A stretch of DNA of 33,134 nt. Origin: Candidatus Woykebacteria bacterium. GTDB lineage: Bacteria; Patescibacteriota; Microgenomatia; Woykebacterales; RBG-16-39-9b. The DNA lies in assembly GCA_040876345.1 (NCBI GenBank), contig JBBDPM010000006.1, positions 522,547 through 555,680 of the forward strand, written 5' to 3'. Both the position numbers and the translations under genes were made by a program. How positions within the stretch are numbered: position 1 is the first letter of the stretch; each line of letters starts with the position of its first letter. Under the pieces are notes generated by a model. It was not told the DNA's origin and ran no database searches. It saw only the letters and a program-made list of their open reading frames with translations. This document shows positions 17,833 to 27,461 of the stretch, in pieces.

Positions 17833-19512
17833 ATGGTTAAAAGACTTTTTCGTGGCAGTACTTCGATTCTCTTTCGCCGCCAAAAGACTCTTCTCTCCGC
17901 AGCCGTGATAATGATGTTTCTAATGCTTGCTTCAAGAATGCTTGGGCTAGTGCGAAACTGGTTTTTGGCGGGAACTTTTGGGGTAGGAAGCGCTTTAGAC
18001 GCCTACAATACAGGCTTTGTTTTGCCAGATTTAGTGGCGGTAGTTTTAATTAATGGGGCTTTGTCAGTTGCTTTCATACCAATATTTACTACCTATATTT
18101 CCCAAAAAGGGGAAAGAGATGCTTGGGAGATGGCCTCTTCTGTGCTAAATCTTTCTCTGATGGTGTTTTTATTTGCAGGGGTATTTATCTTCCTTTTCCC
18201 AGAACAGTTAAACAAGTTAATAGTGCCCGGATTAGATTCTGATACCGCGTCAGCTGCAGCATCACTTACCCGAGTCATTATTTTTGGAGAGTTGCTTCTT
18301 GTGGTGGGGAGTTTTTTAACTGCTTCACTTCAGAGCTATCATCGATTTATCGCACCAGCCTTAGCACCAGTAGCCTATAATTTAGGTATAATTTTTGGAA
18401 TTGTTTTTTTGAGCCCTCATCTGCACATAATAGGAGTGGGTTTGGGAGTTTTAATTGGCGCTTTTTTCCATGTTCTAATTCAACTCATGATATTAAAACA
18501 CCTAGGTTATGAATACTTTCCCAAGTTAGATTTTAAAAATCCTGGTGTCCAAAAGGTCATTAAACTCTCGATTCCACGTTCAATCGGAATTGGTCTGGGC
18601 CAACTGGAGTGGACAATCAGCATTTTTTTCGCATCCCTCTTACCTCAAGGATCAATTGCAATACTGCGTTTCGCCGGTGATATCCAGAACTTTCCCATTG
18701 CCCTCTTTGGCTCAACCATCGCAATTGCCTCGTTTCCCACGTTTTCTTATGAATGGGCTTCAAACAAGTTGGAACAATTCAAGACAACTTTTTTGTCATC
18801 CCTGCATCAGGTACTTTACCTCGCGATACCATTAAGTGTGATTTTTATGACTCTTAGAATTCCAGTTGTAAGGCTACTTCTTGGGAGCGGTCTCTTTGAT
18901 TGGCCAGCTACTGTTGCTACTGCTACCACGGTGTCGTATTTTGCCGTTGGTATTTTTGCTCAGGCTGGATTCCTCTTGGTAACTCGGGCATTTTACGCAA
19001 TGCACGATACTCTGACGCCATTGAGAGTGGCTTTTGCTAGTCTTGCTCTTCACATTGTTGCCGGCTATCTATTTATAGTTGTTTATTCCCTACCAATCCA
19101 GTTTTTGGGTTTGACAAGCGCCGCGTCTGGAGTTTTTAGCTTTACCCTGTTGCTTTTTATTTTAGATAGAAAGATTGGTGGTTTTGATCGTAAAAAATTG
19201 TTTTTACCAGTAGCAAAAATTGTAGTCTCGGCTCTCGTAATGGCAATCTTCCTTTATATCCCCCTGCATTTTAAACTTGAAGGTAAGTACATTATTGATT
19301 TAATAATCGATACCACCCGGGTTGTGAATTTGATACTTTTGACATCTGTTGTCGCTGGGGCCGGCTTTACCGTCTATTTTCTACTAACTTGGTGGTTTAA
19401 GTCAGAAGAGTTGAAAAGCTTCTTGAATCTACTGCCGGATTTTCGCACTCTTACTAAGATCTTAGTTTTTGAAGAAGTAGTGGATACTGACCATTCCTCG
19501 ATGAAATCATGA
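17833..19512 (+). CDS. murJ: Lipid II flippase MurJ (MviN)
   Basis: SRMLGLVR, DAY, GALSVAFIP, RAFYAMHDTLTP; many TM segments. Confidence 0.93.
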   Translation: MVKRLFRGSTSILFRRQKTLLSAAVIMMFLMLASRMLGLVRNWFLAGTFGVGSALDAYNTGFVLPDLVAVVLINGALSVAFIPIFTTYISQKGERDAWEMASSVLNLSLMVFLFAGVFIFLFPEQLNKLIVPGLDSDTASAAASLTRVIIFGELLLVVGSFLTASLQSYHRFIAPALAPVAYNLGIIFGIVFLSPHLHIIGVGLGVLIGAFFHVLIQLMILKHLGYEYFPKLDFKNPGVQKVIKLSIPRSIGIGLGQLEWTISIFFASLLPQGSIAILRFAGDIQNFPIALFGSTIAIASFPTFSYEWASNKLEQFKTTFLSSLHQVLYLAIPLSVIFMTLRIPVVRLLLGSGLFDWPATVATATTVSYFAVGIFAQAGFLLVTRAFYAMHDTLTPLRVAFASLALHIVAGYLFIVVYSLPIQFLGLTSAASGVFSFTLLLFILDRKIGGFDRKKLFLPVAKIVVSALVMAIFLYIPLHFKLEGKYIIDLIIDTTRVVNLILLTSVVAGAGFTVYFLLTWWFKSEELKSFLNLLPDFRTLTKILVFEEVVDTDHSSMKS

Positions 19513-21287
19513 TTGATCCATCCAAGATTCGTAACTTTGTGATCGCGGCCCACATCGATCATGGAAAATCTACTCTAGCAGACCGTTTTTTGGAAATTAC
19601 GGCTACTATCCCAAAAGATAAGCTTAAAGAGCAATACCTTGATCAGATGGATCTTGAGCGTGAGAGAGGAATTACTATCAAACTTGCCCCGGTAACAATG
19701 AGCTGGAGAGGTCGTAGCCTAAATTTGATTGATACTCCAGGTCACGTAGACTTTTCTTACGAGGTTTCAAGATCGCTCTCGGCTGTTGAAGGAGCAATAC
19801 TTCTGGTTGATGCAACCCAAGGGATAGAAGCTCAGACCCTTTCAAATTATTTATTAGCCAAAGAAAAAGGCTTAGTTATTATCCCAGTGATAAACAAAAT
19901 CGATTTACCAAATGCCCAGGTCGATAAAGTTCGAAAGTCACTCTATGAAACTTTTGGCTTTTCTCCTGAAGAAATACTGCAGATCTCTGCTAAAGAGGGA
20001 ACAGGGGTTGAGGATCTTTTGGATAGAATAGTTGAGATAATCCCATTCCCAGAGGGAAATAGTGAGAGCCCCACTAAAGCCTTAATTTTTGATTCTGTAT
20101 TTGACCAGTTTAAAGGAGTGATTGCTTATGTGAGGGTTTTTGATGGAAAGCTTGTCCAAGGTGAAAAAATTAGAATAATGGGGGCTAGGGTTCAAGCCGA
20201 GGCCTTGGAGATCGGTTACTTTGGGGCAGGGCTAGTCAAAGGAAAAGAACTTGCGGCCGGGGAAATAGGGTATTTGGCAACTGGCCTTAAAGAAGTTGAG
20301 AAGGTAGCGGTTGGCGATACAATAACTTCTTTAGCAAGCAGTGCAGAAGCACCACTTCTAGGATACCGATGGTCTAAACCAATGGTTTTTGCGGGTATGT
20401 TTCCTGTTGATAGGGACGAGTTTCCAAGGTTAAAAGAGGCTTTGGAAAAGCTTAAACTAAACGATTCTTCTCTTTCGTTTGAACCAGAAAATTCCCCTGC
20501 CTTGGGTTTTGGGGTTCGGGCCGGTTTTTTAGGGTTGCTTCACATGGAAATTGTGCAGGAGCGTCTTGAGAGGGAATTTAGTCTTAACCTCATAATCACC
20601 TCACCAACGGTGAACTATAAAGTGCTTTTGACGGACAGCAGCGAAGTGGAAATTTCAAACCCGACAAAACTCCCAGATCAAACAAAGATAAAAGAAATCA
20701 GGGAGCCTTGGATTAAAGGATCCATATTAACTTTAAGTCAGTACGTTGGATCGATAAACCAGCTCGTCCACGGAAGGAGAGGGGAAATATTAGACATGCA
20801 ATACTTATCTGATAAAGTGAAAATCTTGATTCAAATGCCCCTATCCGAAATAGTTTCCGATTTTTATGACAAACTTAAAGGTATATCATCAGGCTATGCT
20901 TCTTTCGATTGGGAGCTTGGAGAGTATAAAAAAATTGAAGCGGTGAAACTGGAAATACTGGTCGCGAAAGAGCCGGTTGATGCCCTTTCCCAGATAGTTC
21001 CTAGGGAAAAGGCGTATACAATGGGTAAAGCTTTAACCCAGAAGTTAAAGGAGGCAATACCTCGGCAGCAGTTTGAAGTTTCCTTGCAGGCAGCAATTGG
21101 TGGAAAGATTGTAGCCGCCGAGAAAATTCCACCTTTTCGGAAAGATGTTACCGCCAAGCTTTATGGTGGAGATAGGACGCGGAAGGATAAGCTTCTGGAC
21201 AAACAGAAAAAAGGAAAGAGTCGAATGAAACGTGTCGGCAATGTTGATATACCGCAAGAAGCATTCCTTAGTGTTCTAAAAATTTGA
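19509..21287 (+). CDS. lepA: Elongation factor 4 (LepA)
   Basis: AHIDHGKSTLADR, DTPGHVDF, GFLGLLH, KDVTAKLYGGD.TRK.KLL.KQK.GK. Confidence 0.97.
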   Translation: MIDPSKIRNFVIAAHIDHGKSTLADRFLEITATIPKDKLKEQYLDQMDLERERGITIKLAPVTMSWRGRSLNLIDTPGHVDFSYEVSRSLSAVEGAILLVDATQGIEAQTLSNYLLAKEKGLVIIPVINKIDLPNAQVDKVRKSLYETFGFSPEEILQISAKEGTGVEDLLDRIVEIIPFPEGNSESPTKALIFDSVFDQFKGVIAYVRVFDGKLVQGEKIRIMGARVQAEALEIGYFGAGLVKGKELAAGEIGYLATGLKEVEKVAVGDTITSLASSAEAPLLGYRWSKPMVFAGMFPVDRDEFPRLKEALEKLKLNDSSLSFEPENSPALGFGVRAGFLGLLHMEIVQERLEREFSLNLIITSPTVNYKVLLTDSSEVEISNPTKLPDQTKIKEIREPWIKGSILTLSQYVGSINQLVHGRRGEILDMQYLSDKVKILIQMPLSEIVSDFYDKLKGISSGYASFDWELGEYKKIEAVKLEILVAKEPVDALSQIVPREKAYTMGKALTQKLKEAIPRQQFEVSLQAAIGGKIVAAEKIPPFRKDVTAKLYGGDRTRKDKLLDKQKKGKSRMKRVGNVDIPQEAFLSVLKI

Positions 21288-21320
21288 TTTCCACGCCCCG
21301 TTTAGTATAATTACCTTGCT

Positions 21321-21656
21321 ATGGATGATCCGAAATTTACAGATTCGGATAGAGACGGTTTAACTGATGCCGAAGAAGCAGAGCTTGGTACTAATCCAAA
21401 CTCTCCCGATACTGATCGGGATGGGTTAACTGATGGCCAGGAAGTAAGATTTCAAGGCACAGACCCAACTACCCCAGATACAGATGGAGATGGGCTTTCT
21501 GACCGCGATGAGGTAGTTTACCACCGGACAGACCCCACAAGAGCTGATACTGATGGTGACCATCTTTCTGATTATGACGAAACCTATTATGGCACTAACC
21601 CCTTAAGCCGCGATAGTGATCGAGATGGGGTTCCCGATAATATTGATGAAGAATAG
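21321..21656 (+). CDS. Stand-alone Ca2+-binding thrombospondin type-3-like (DxDxDGL.D..E...GT.P) repeat protein
   Basis: About 4.5 tandem 22-23-aa repeats make up the whole protein; own TATAAT at 21306-21311. Confidence 0.8.
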   Translation: MDDPKFTDSDRDGLTDAEEAELGTNPNSPDTDRDGLTDGQEVRFQGTDPTTPDTDGDGLSDRDEVVYHRTDPTRADTDGDHLSDYDETYYGTNPLSRDSDRDGVPDNIDEE

Positions 21657-21674
21657 CCTCCTTTTCGACTCCCC

Positions 21675-21711
21675 TTGACAACCCTTAGCACTCGTGCTAA
21701 ATTGTTGCTAC
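21675..21711 (+). promoter_or_regulatory. hrcA promoter overlapped by a CIRCE-like operator
   Basis: TTGACA 21675-21680, 17 nt, TAAATT; TTAGCACTC 21685-21693, N9, tgtTGCTAc 21703-21711 (CIRCE consensus TTAGCACTC-N9-GAGTGCTAA). Confidence 0.75.
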
Positions 21712-21742
21712 TCAAAAATTAAGTACAAATATATCCTTACAC

Positions 21743-22474
21743 ATGGCTACTTTGACCGAGAGACAAAAAGAACTTCTCCGAGCAATTATTGATGAATACA
21801 TCGAGACCGCTACCCCTGTAGGTTCTGAATCCATTGTAAACAAATACAAGATGGGTGTTTCCCCGGCCACAATTCGCAATGAGATGGCTGATCTTATTGA
21901 AACGGGCTTTCTAAAGCAGCCGCACACTTCAGCTGGCCGAATCCCAACCCCAATGGGCCTTAAATTTTACATTAATGATCTTATGAAAGAACAGGAAGTT
22001 CCGGTCAAAGACGAAGTTCAAGTTAAGGAAAATCTTTGGGATTATCGCTTTCAACACCCAAGACTACTAAAGTTTGCAACAAATGAACTTGCCCAAAAGA
22101 CAGGAGTACTAGCTCTAGCTGTTACTGAGGAAGGGGATATTTATTATTCGGGAGCAGCCAACATTTTGGATATGCCGGAGTTTTACGATATTGATCTTAC
22201 CAAGACTGTTCTTACCATGCTTGACCGGCTTGAGATGCTCAATGAGATTTTTAGTAAAGCTGTTGGCGATGATCCTGTTCATATATTAATCGGAGACGAG
22301 CTTGGTTTTGACTACATGGAGTACGCTGGTATAGTGTTTTCGCCTTACGGGGCGGGGAAGCAAAATGCTGGTGTTGTGGGTGTAATTGGACCGACAAGAA
22401 TGAGGTATTCTTCCGTAATTCCCACGGTCCGATACTTCGGTGATTTGTTAACCGAACTTTCCAGCTCTTGGTAA
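21743..22474 (+). CDS. hrcA: Heat-inducible transcription repressor HrcA (short form)
   Basis: LTERQ..LL.AIIDEYI.TATPVGS, SPATIRNEM, QPHTSAGRIPT, GVIGPTRM.Y. Confidence 0.93.
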   Translation: MATLTERQKELLRAIIDEYIETATPVGSESIVNKYKMGVSPATIRNEMADLIETGFLKQPHTSAGRIPTPMGLKFYINDLMKEQEVPVKDEVQVKENLWDYRFQHPRLLKFATNELAQKTGVLALAVTEEGDIYYSGAANILDMPEFYDIDLTKTVLTMLDRLEMLNEIFSKAVGDDPVHILIGDELGFDYMEYAGIVFSPYGAGKQNAGVVGVIGPTRMRYSSVIPTVRYFGDLLTELSSSW

Positions 22475-22495
22475 CCATCAATATTCTTATAATCT

Positions 22496-22936
22496 ATGGC
22501 GAATAAGGATTCTACCGGCAAAGAATTGGAAGAAACTAAAAACCAACTAAAGAGAGCACTAGCTGACTATTCTAATTTACAAAAAAGAGTTGAGGAACAA
22601 AAAAAAGCACTTGTTAAATTTGCAAACGCGGCTCTTCTAATAAAGATGTTGGATGTGCTCGATACTCTAGAGGTTGCTTCAAGCTCGATTAAGGACCAGG
22701 GGCTTGAGCTTACATTAAAAAAACTAAGGGAAATATTGCTTTCCGAAGGGGTTAGGGAGGTTGACTCAGAGGGAAAGGAGTTTGATCCGAGCCTCCATGA
22801 AGCAGTAGAAGCAGTCAAAGGCGACGAGGATGATATGGTTGTGGAAGTAGTTAATAAAGGCTACACCTTGGAGGACAAAGTTTTGCGCCCCGCAAAAGTT
22901 AAAGTTAGCAAAAAGGACCAGGAGATCCCAAGTTAA
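22496..22936 (+). CDS. grpE: Nucleotide exchange factor GrpE
   Basis: RALADYSNLQKR, FDPSLHEAV, KGYTL.DKVLRPAKVKV. Confidence 0.95.
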   Translation: MANKDSTGKELEETKNQLKRALADYSNLQKRVEEQKKALVKFANAALLIKMLDVLDTLEVASSSIKDQGLELTLKKLREILLSEGVREVDSEGKEFDPSLHEAVEAVKGDEDDMVVEVVNKGYTLEDKVLRPAKVKVSKKDQEIPS

Positions 22937-22944
22937 TATTAAAT

Positions 22945-23202
22945 ATGATAAGAGTATTTTACTTATTTTGGACTTTAATAGCCTCTTTTTTGGTAACGGG
23001 GTTTAGTTATTTCTACGTAAGTAGCCAAGGCGCTCATGGGTTTCCTTTTTCCTTTGCTACCGAAGTGGAAGATGGAATAGTGGGCGGTGAAATAGTTTTA
23101 AAATTTAAAGTTTGGATGCTTGTGTTTGATTTACTTTTTTGGTGGATTCTCTTTAGTATACTTTTAGTAATAGTTAAAAATTATGTTTTTGAATCTGATT
23201 GA
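22945..23202 (+). CDS. Small 2-TM membrane protein between grpE and dnaK
   Basis: Two hydrophobic helices flanking a HGFPF motif; fills the intergenic gap in operon orientation. Confidence 0.7.
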   Translation: MIRVFYLFWTLIASFLVTGFSYFYVSSQGAHGFPFSFATEVEDGIVGGEIVLKFKVWMLVFDLLFWWILFSILLVIVKNYVFESD

Positions 23203-23217
23203 GAGGAGGATCGATAT

Positions 23218-25146
23218 ATGTCTAAGATTATTGGTATAGACCTTGGGACAACAAATAGTGCGGTTGCAGTGGTTGAAGGTGGACAGCCCAAAATCATTCA
23301 CTCTGCTGAGGGTGAAAACATCATACCTTCCGTAGTTGACCCCGTAAAGCGAATTGCTGGACGTGTGGCTAAGAGGCAGCAAATAGTGAGTCCAAAAACC
23401 ACGATATTTTCAGTTAAACGATTGATGGGCAAGCGTTTTAAAGACGCCACTGTGGCTGAGGATATGAAATGGCTCCCCTATACAATAAAGGAAGGCAAGA
23501 ATGGGATGGCGGTAGTTGAAGTGGAAGGCAAAGAATATACTCCTCAAGAAATTTCCGCCCAAATTTTACAAAAGATAAAAGCCGATGCTGAGAGTTACTT
23601 GGGTGGAAAAGTGACCGAAGCAGTAATCACCGTTCCTGCCTATTTCGACGATTCCCAGCGCCAAGCAACAAAACAGGCAGGTGAAATAGCCGGCCTTGAT
23701 GTTAAAAGAATTATTAATGAGCCCACTGCTGCTGCTCTCGCTTATGGTCTAGAAAAGGAAAAAGCGCATATTATTGCTGTTTATGACCTTGGTGGTGGTA
23801 CTTTTGACGTGACAATTTTAGAGCTTGGGGAGGGCGTCTTCGAAGTTAAATCCACCGCCGGGGACACCCATCTTGGTGGAGACGATTTTGATCAGAAAAT
23901 AATCGACTATCTAATCGAAGAGTTCAAAAAAGAACAAGGAGTAGACTTAAAGAGCGATAAACAAGCCCTGCAAAGGCTCCGCGACGCTGGTGAAAAGGCC
24001 AAGGTCGAGCTTTCTACTACCCTGGAAACCGAGATAAACATACCTTATATTACTGCTGATTCGTCTGGTCCAAAACACTTGGTGATGAAGCTCACTCGAG
24101 CAAAGCTCGAATCTCTAACCCAAGACTTAATTGAAAGATCATTCAAGGCAGTAGAACAAGCCCTGAAAGATGCAAAGCTAGAAGGTTCAAAGATCGACGA
24201 AGTGGTTCTCGTTGGGGGGCAGACTAGGATGCCGGCCGTCCAAGAAAAGGTCAAGAGTTTCTTTGGGAAAGAGCCGCACAAAGGAATAAATCCAGATGAA
24301 GTTGTTGCTATTGGCGCAGCTATCCAAGGAGCAGTATTAGCTGGAGAAATGAAGGAAGTCGTGCTGCTAGATGTGACTCCCCTGTCTCTCGGGGTTGAGA
24401 CTCTAGGATCGGTCAGCACTGTATTAATCCCAAGAAACACGACTGTTCCCACTTCAAAATCAGAAGTTTTCTCGACTGCTGCCGATAACCAAACAAGTGT
24501 TGAGATTCACGTTTTGCAGGGTGAGCGGCCAATGGCAGCGGATAATAAATCCCTTGGGAAGTTTATTCTTGAAGGGATTCCACCCGCGCCTCGTGGCATG
24601 CCGCAAGTCGAAGTTACTTTCGATATTGATGCGAACGGAATCTTGCACGTAACCGCTAAAGATAAAACCAGTGGAAAAGAACAAAAGATTACGATAACAG
24701 GATCCACTGGACTTTCCAAAGAAGAAGCGGAAAAAATGGCCCAGGAAGCTGAAGCCCACGCCGAGGAAGACACCAAGAAAAAAGAGCTGATTGAAGCTAG
24801 AAATATTGCTGACAGCTTAGTCTACACTGCTGAAAAATCCCTCAAAGACGCTGGCGATAAAGTACCAGCTGATATTAAAACCGAGGTTGAGGAGAAAGCA
24901 AAAGAAGCAAAAGAAGCTATTGCCGGTGAAGATCTTGAGAAAATGAAAAAAGCGGTCGACGAGCTTGGCCAATCCCTCCAAAAAATTGGCCCGGCGATGA
25001 CCGAGACTCCTCCAGGTTCTGACAAAACCGAGGCTAGTGCTCAAGAAGAAATCCCCGCCGAAGGCAAAGCTGAGCCCAAGGATGAGGACAAGGAAAAAGG
25101 CGAAACTGTTGAAGGCGAGGTCGTCGACGAAGAAAGGAAAGAATGA
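23218..25146 (+). CDS. dnaK: Chaperone DnaK (Hsp70)
   Basis: [36 protein letters not shown]; SD GAGGAGG upstream. Confidence 0.98.
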   Translation: MSKIIGIDLGTTNSAVAVVEGGQPKIIHSAEGENIIPSVVDPVKRIAGRVAKRQQIVSPKTTIFSVKRLMGKRFKDATVAEDMKWLPYTIKEGKNGMAVVEVEGKEYTPQEISAQILQKIKADAESYLGGKVTEAVITVPAYFDDSQRQATKQAGEIAGLDVKRIINEPTAAALAYGLEKEKAHIIAVYDLGGGTFDVTILELGEGVFEVKSTAGDTHLGGDDFDQKIIDYLIEEFKKEQGVDLKSDKQALQRLRDAGEKAKVELSTTLETEINIPYITADSSGPKHLVMKLTRAKLESLTQDLIERSFKAVEQALKDAKLEGSKIDEVVLVGGQTRMPAVQEKVKSFFGKEPHKGINPDEVVAIGAAIQGAVLAGEMKEVVLLDVTPLSLGVETLGSVSTVLIPRNTTVPTSKSEVFSTAADNQTSVEIHVLQGERPMAADNKSLGKFILEGIPPAPRGMPQVEVTFDIDANGILHVTAKDKTSGKEQKITITGSTGLSKEEAEKMAQEAEAHAEEDTKKKELIEARNIADSLVYTAEKSLKDAGDKVPADIKTEVEEKAKEAKEAIAGEDLEKMKKAVDELGQSLQKIGPAMTETPPGSDKTEASAQEEIPAEGKAEPKDEDKEKGETVEGEVVDEERKE

Positions 25147-25150
25147 CACT

Positions 25151-25413
25151 ATGGTTTATGATATTGCTGGATGGATTGGTGGTCTCCTGATCTTGTTAGC
25201 TTACGCTTTGGTCTCTACCAAAAAAGTCTCTCCAGTCTCGAAAACTTACCACGCAATAAATCTATTAGGCGCTTTGGGATAACCATCAACACATTTGTAC
25301 AAAAAGCAATCCCCCCCATGGCTTTAAATATTTTCTGGGCTTTCATTGCAATTTTTGGCTTTGTTAAAGCTTTGTCTAAAGCGAGAGTGGTGGATGAGGA
25401 AAAGAAGAAGTAA
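25151..25413 (+). pseudogene. Frameshifted small membrane protein (CBU_0592-like)
   Basis: MVYDIAGWIGGLLILLAYAL...YHAINLLGALG* continues in the -1 frame as ITINTFVQKAIPPMALNIFWAFIAIFG; break at GCT TTG GGA TAA (25271-25282). Confidence 0.75.
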
Positions 25414-25415
25414 CA

Positions 25416-25793
25416 ATGTCTGCGATCAAGATTAGTAACTCCAGAGGTATTAGAGTTATCAATTGTCGTTTTGAAGGATTTGAGACAGACATCGAACTTG
25501 AAAATGTTGAAGATTTCCTTTCAAAAGGCAACAAATTTTCTAGCGGTCTTGATCCACAAACCTTATTAAACTTGTTAGCTAAAGCTATAAGAGAAAGTAG
25601 ACTTCCCAACGATTCAAAAGAACAGTTGTTTAGGGAGATTGTTGAGGTTTTGTCACTGGGCAGATCAAAACCTAATGATAAGGAAGAACCCGTCAAATTA
25701 AAGCTCTTGAAGTTTGTTAGTGATAAAGCGGTTAATTACTTTGTACAACTCGCAGCAGCAGTATCAGCTGGTCTTATAATTAAAAGTAGTTAA
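25416..25793 (+). CDS. Hypothetical protein, 125 aa
   Basis: ATG 2 nt after the previous stop; beta-like N-terminus and helical C-terminus; no recognised family. Confidence 0.7.
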   Translation: MSAIKISNSRGIRVINCRFEGFETDIELENVEDFLSKGNKFSSGLDPQTLLNLLAKAIRESRLPNDSKEQLFREIVEVLSLGRSKPNDKEEPVKLKLLKFVSDKAVNYFVQLAAAVSAGLIIKSS

Positions 25794-25840
25794 ATTCAAC
25801 CCGAAAATTTTTCAAAAGCCCATAAAGCAGGTTCCTACAA

Positions 25841-26030
25841 TTGACACAGAAGGAAATTTATTGTATTTTATTTCCAATGACACTTCGCTTTGAACAAGAT
25901 GTACCAGGAACCGCTGACAATTAAACGTCGGTGGTCTTGTTGTGTCTTGGTTTAAAGCTCCCCCATTTTAAATTTCCCTAACTAAAAACAAAGAAACTAC
26001 TAGGCTCGCCAACGTGAGGTGAGTTTTTTT
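25841..26030 (+). promoter_or_regulatory. Promoter plus structured leader with 15-codon uORF and terminator-like hairpin
   Basis: TTGACA 25841-25846, 17 nt, TATTTT 25864-25869; uORF 25877-25924; long hairpin 25887-25958; GCTCGCC/GGTGAGT plus T-tract 26004-26030. Confidence 0.5.
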
Positions 26031-26051
26031 GTTCCGAAAGGAGAAAGATCT

Positions 26052-26354
26052 GTGGAAATCTCAGGCCAGTATACAGTGGCGAAAGGCCCAAACGACAGCG
26101 AGTTAGATGATCTGAAGGAAGCTGCTGCAACCGGTAAGCGCCCGCGCGCCAAATTCTCATTTCGAGGATTGGGTGGTGTAGTGATAAGGTTAGATGTTCT
26201 TGTTGAAAGAATCAATGGCGGTTGGTTTTTGCAAGGGCGGACACCATCACGGCGGTTGCTAATCGAGATAGAAAATTACAATGGGCAGCCGCGAACTAGT
26301 CAAGCGTCGATTAAATCTCTGCCCAGGATTCAAAGGCATGATTGTGCTCACTAG
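26052..26354 (+). CDS. Hypothetical protein (~100 aa)
   Basis: SD AAAGGAG 26037-26043 favours GTG 26052 over 26019; followed by a terminator. Confidence 0.6.
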   Translation: MEISGQYTVAKGPNDSELDDLKEAAATGKRPRAKFSFRGLGGVVIRLDVLVERINGGWFLQGRTPSRRLLIEIENYNGQPRTSQASIKSLPRIQRHDCAH

Positions 26355-26386
26355 TGGCCCGAATGGTAGGCGGTAGGAGAGGGAGC

Positions 26387-26420
26387 AGGCGGCTTTGCCA
26401 CCACAAAGCCGCCTTTCTTT
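26387..26420 (+). terminator. Intrinsic terminator
   Basis: AGGCGGCTTTG-CCACCA-CAAAGCCGCCT (11-bp stem) then TTCTTT. Confidence 0.8.
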
Positions 26421-26475
26421 ACTAAACCTCTAAAAACCATATTACTCCGGTTTTGTGCGTGGTATAATTCGGCCA

Positions 26476-26946
26476 ATGAGTGAAAGATTTCCCAAAGGTG
26501 TAGAAGTTGTCGGTGGAGGGATAATTGAAAACGACAAAGGTGAGATATTCCTCACCACCCAGCCTAAATGGCACAATAAATGGACTTTGCCCGGCGGTCA
26601 CGTAGAGCCAGGAGAGACTGTGGAGCAGGCTACCTTGAGGGAGCTCGAGGAGGAGATTGGTTTGAAGCTTAAATTTGTTGACGTAATTACTTGGGGTGAA
26701 TTGATTAATTCAAAAGATTTTTACAGACCCGCCCACTTTATTTATTTTGATGTTTACTGCAAAGTCGTCAGCGGAGTCGTAAATTTGGATAAAGAAGAGC
26801 TAGGTGAGTACGAATGGGTAAAACCAGAAGAAGCCCTTAAACTAGATTTGGCCGAAAGCTACGCTGAATCTATTAGGGAATTTATTAAGTATAAAAAAAA
26901 CAAATTCAACAAAAACCCTAAAAACCACGCGATTTCTTGCATTTAA
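26476..26946 (+). CDS. NUDIX hydrolase (NudI/MutT-like)
   Basis: WTLPGGHVEPGETVEQATLRELEEEIG; ATG 26476 lies 7 nt after TGG-TATAAT. Confidence 0.88.
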   Translation: MSERFPKGVEVVGGGIIENDKGEIFLTTQPKWHNKWTLPGGHVEPGETVEQATLRELEEEIGLKLKFVDVITWGELINSKDFYRPAHFIYFDVYCKVVSGVVNLDKEELGEYEWVKPEEALKLDLAESYAESIREFIKYKKNKFNKNPKNHAISCI

Positions 26947-27012
26947 TGTGTATAATATTAATAACGAGAGAGAGGCACTGTATGCAGGTGTGATTCGAGA
27001 AAGGAGTTTTCC

Positions 27013-27357
27013 ATGGTTGGTTTCATCGCCGAGAACCTGGGGATAATCGTGCCTTTGGCGATCGTCCTGTCGTCCGCCACGGTGGGGCCCTACTTCTTCG
27101 GAGATGGCCACAGCACCTACGACAAGTGGGCGTATTGGGTGATGAAGCTCGTGGGCTTCGTCAGCACGCTCGTGGTCATTCCGGTAGCCCCGTACATCAT
27201 GTACAAGGGAGTCGCCGAGTGGAACAGCGATGCCAACGAATCCGGTATCTTCGTCTGGCTTTTGGTGTTGACGATAATGGCGGCTGCGGCTGCGATCGTC
27301 CACATCACGCGCTTCCTGCCGGCTACGTACCAGGTGTTCCGATCGGCATCGCGTTAG
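27013..27357 (+). CDS. Hypothetical 3-TM membrane protein with atypical GC-rich codon usage
   Basis: TATAAT 26951-26956, SD GAAAGGAG, hydrophobic helices, mostly G/C-ending codons; hairpin GGGAAAG/CTTTCCC downstream. Confidence 0.72.
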   Translation: MVGFIAENLGIIVPLAIVLSSATVGPYFFGDGHSTYDKWAYWVMKLVGFVSTLVVIPVAPYIMYKGVAEWNSDANESGIFVWLLVLTIMAAAAAIVHITRFLPATYQVFRSASR

Positions 27358-27461
27358 ACCAAATACCTGTGCGTGGGTTTATACTGCCTATAACGGGAAA
27401 GACGCACCTTTCCCTACATATCCAAAACCTCTAAAACCACGCTTCTGGTATAATTTTCCCA

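Larger units (their letters stand above)
26424..27442 (+). repeat. Three dispersed copies of AAACC(T)CTAAAA(A)CCA(CGC) at 26424-26439, 26911-26930 and 27424-27442
   Basis: Read directly; each copy precedes a TATAAT (26463, 26951, 27449) and a new gene. Confidence 0.55.

Noticed and set aside
11824-22474. Short PGK, HolA and HrcA as pseudogenes
   Set aside because: Each is one uninterrupted ORF with both N- and C-terminal family motifs, consistent with streamlining rather than decay.
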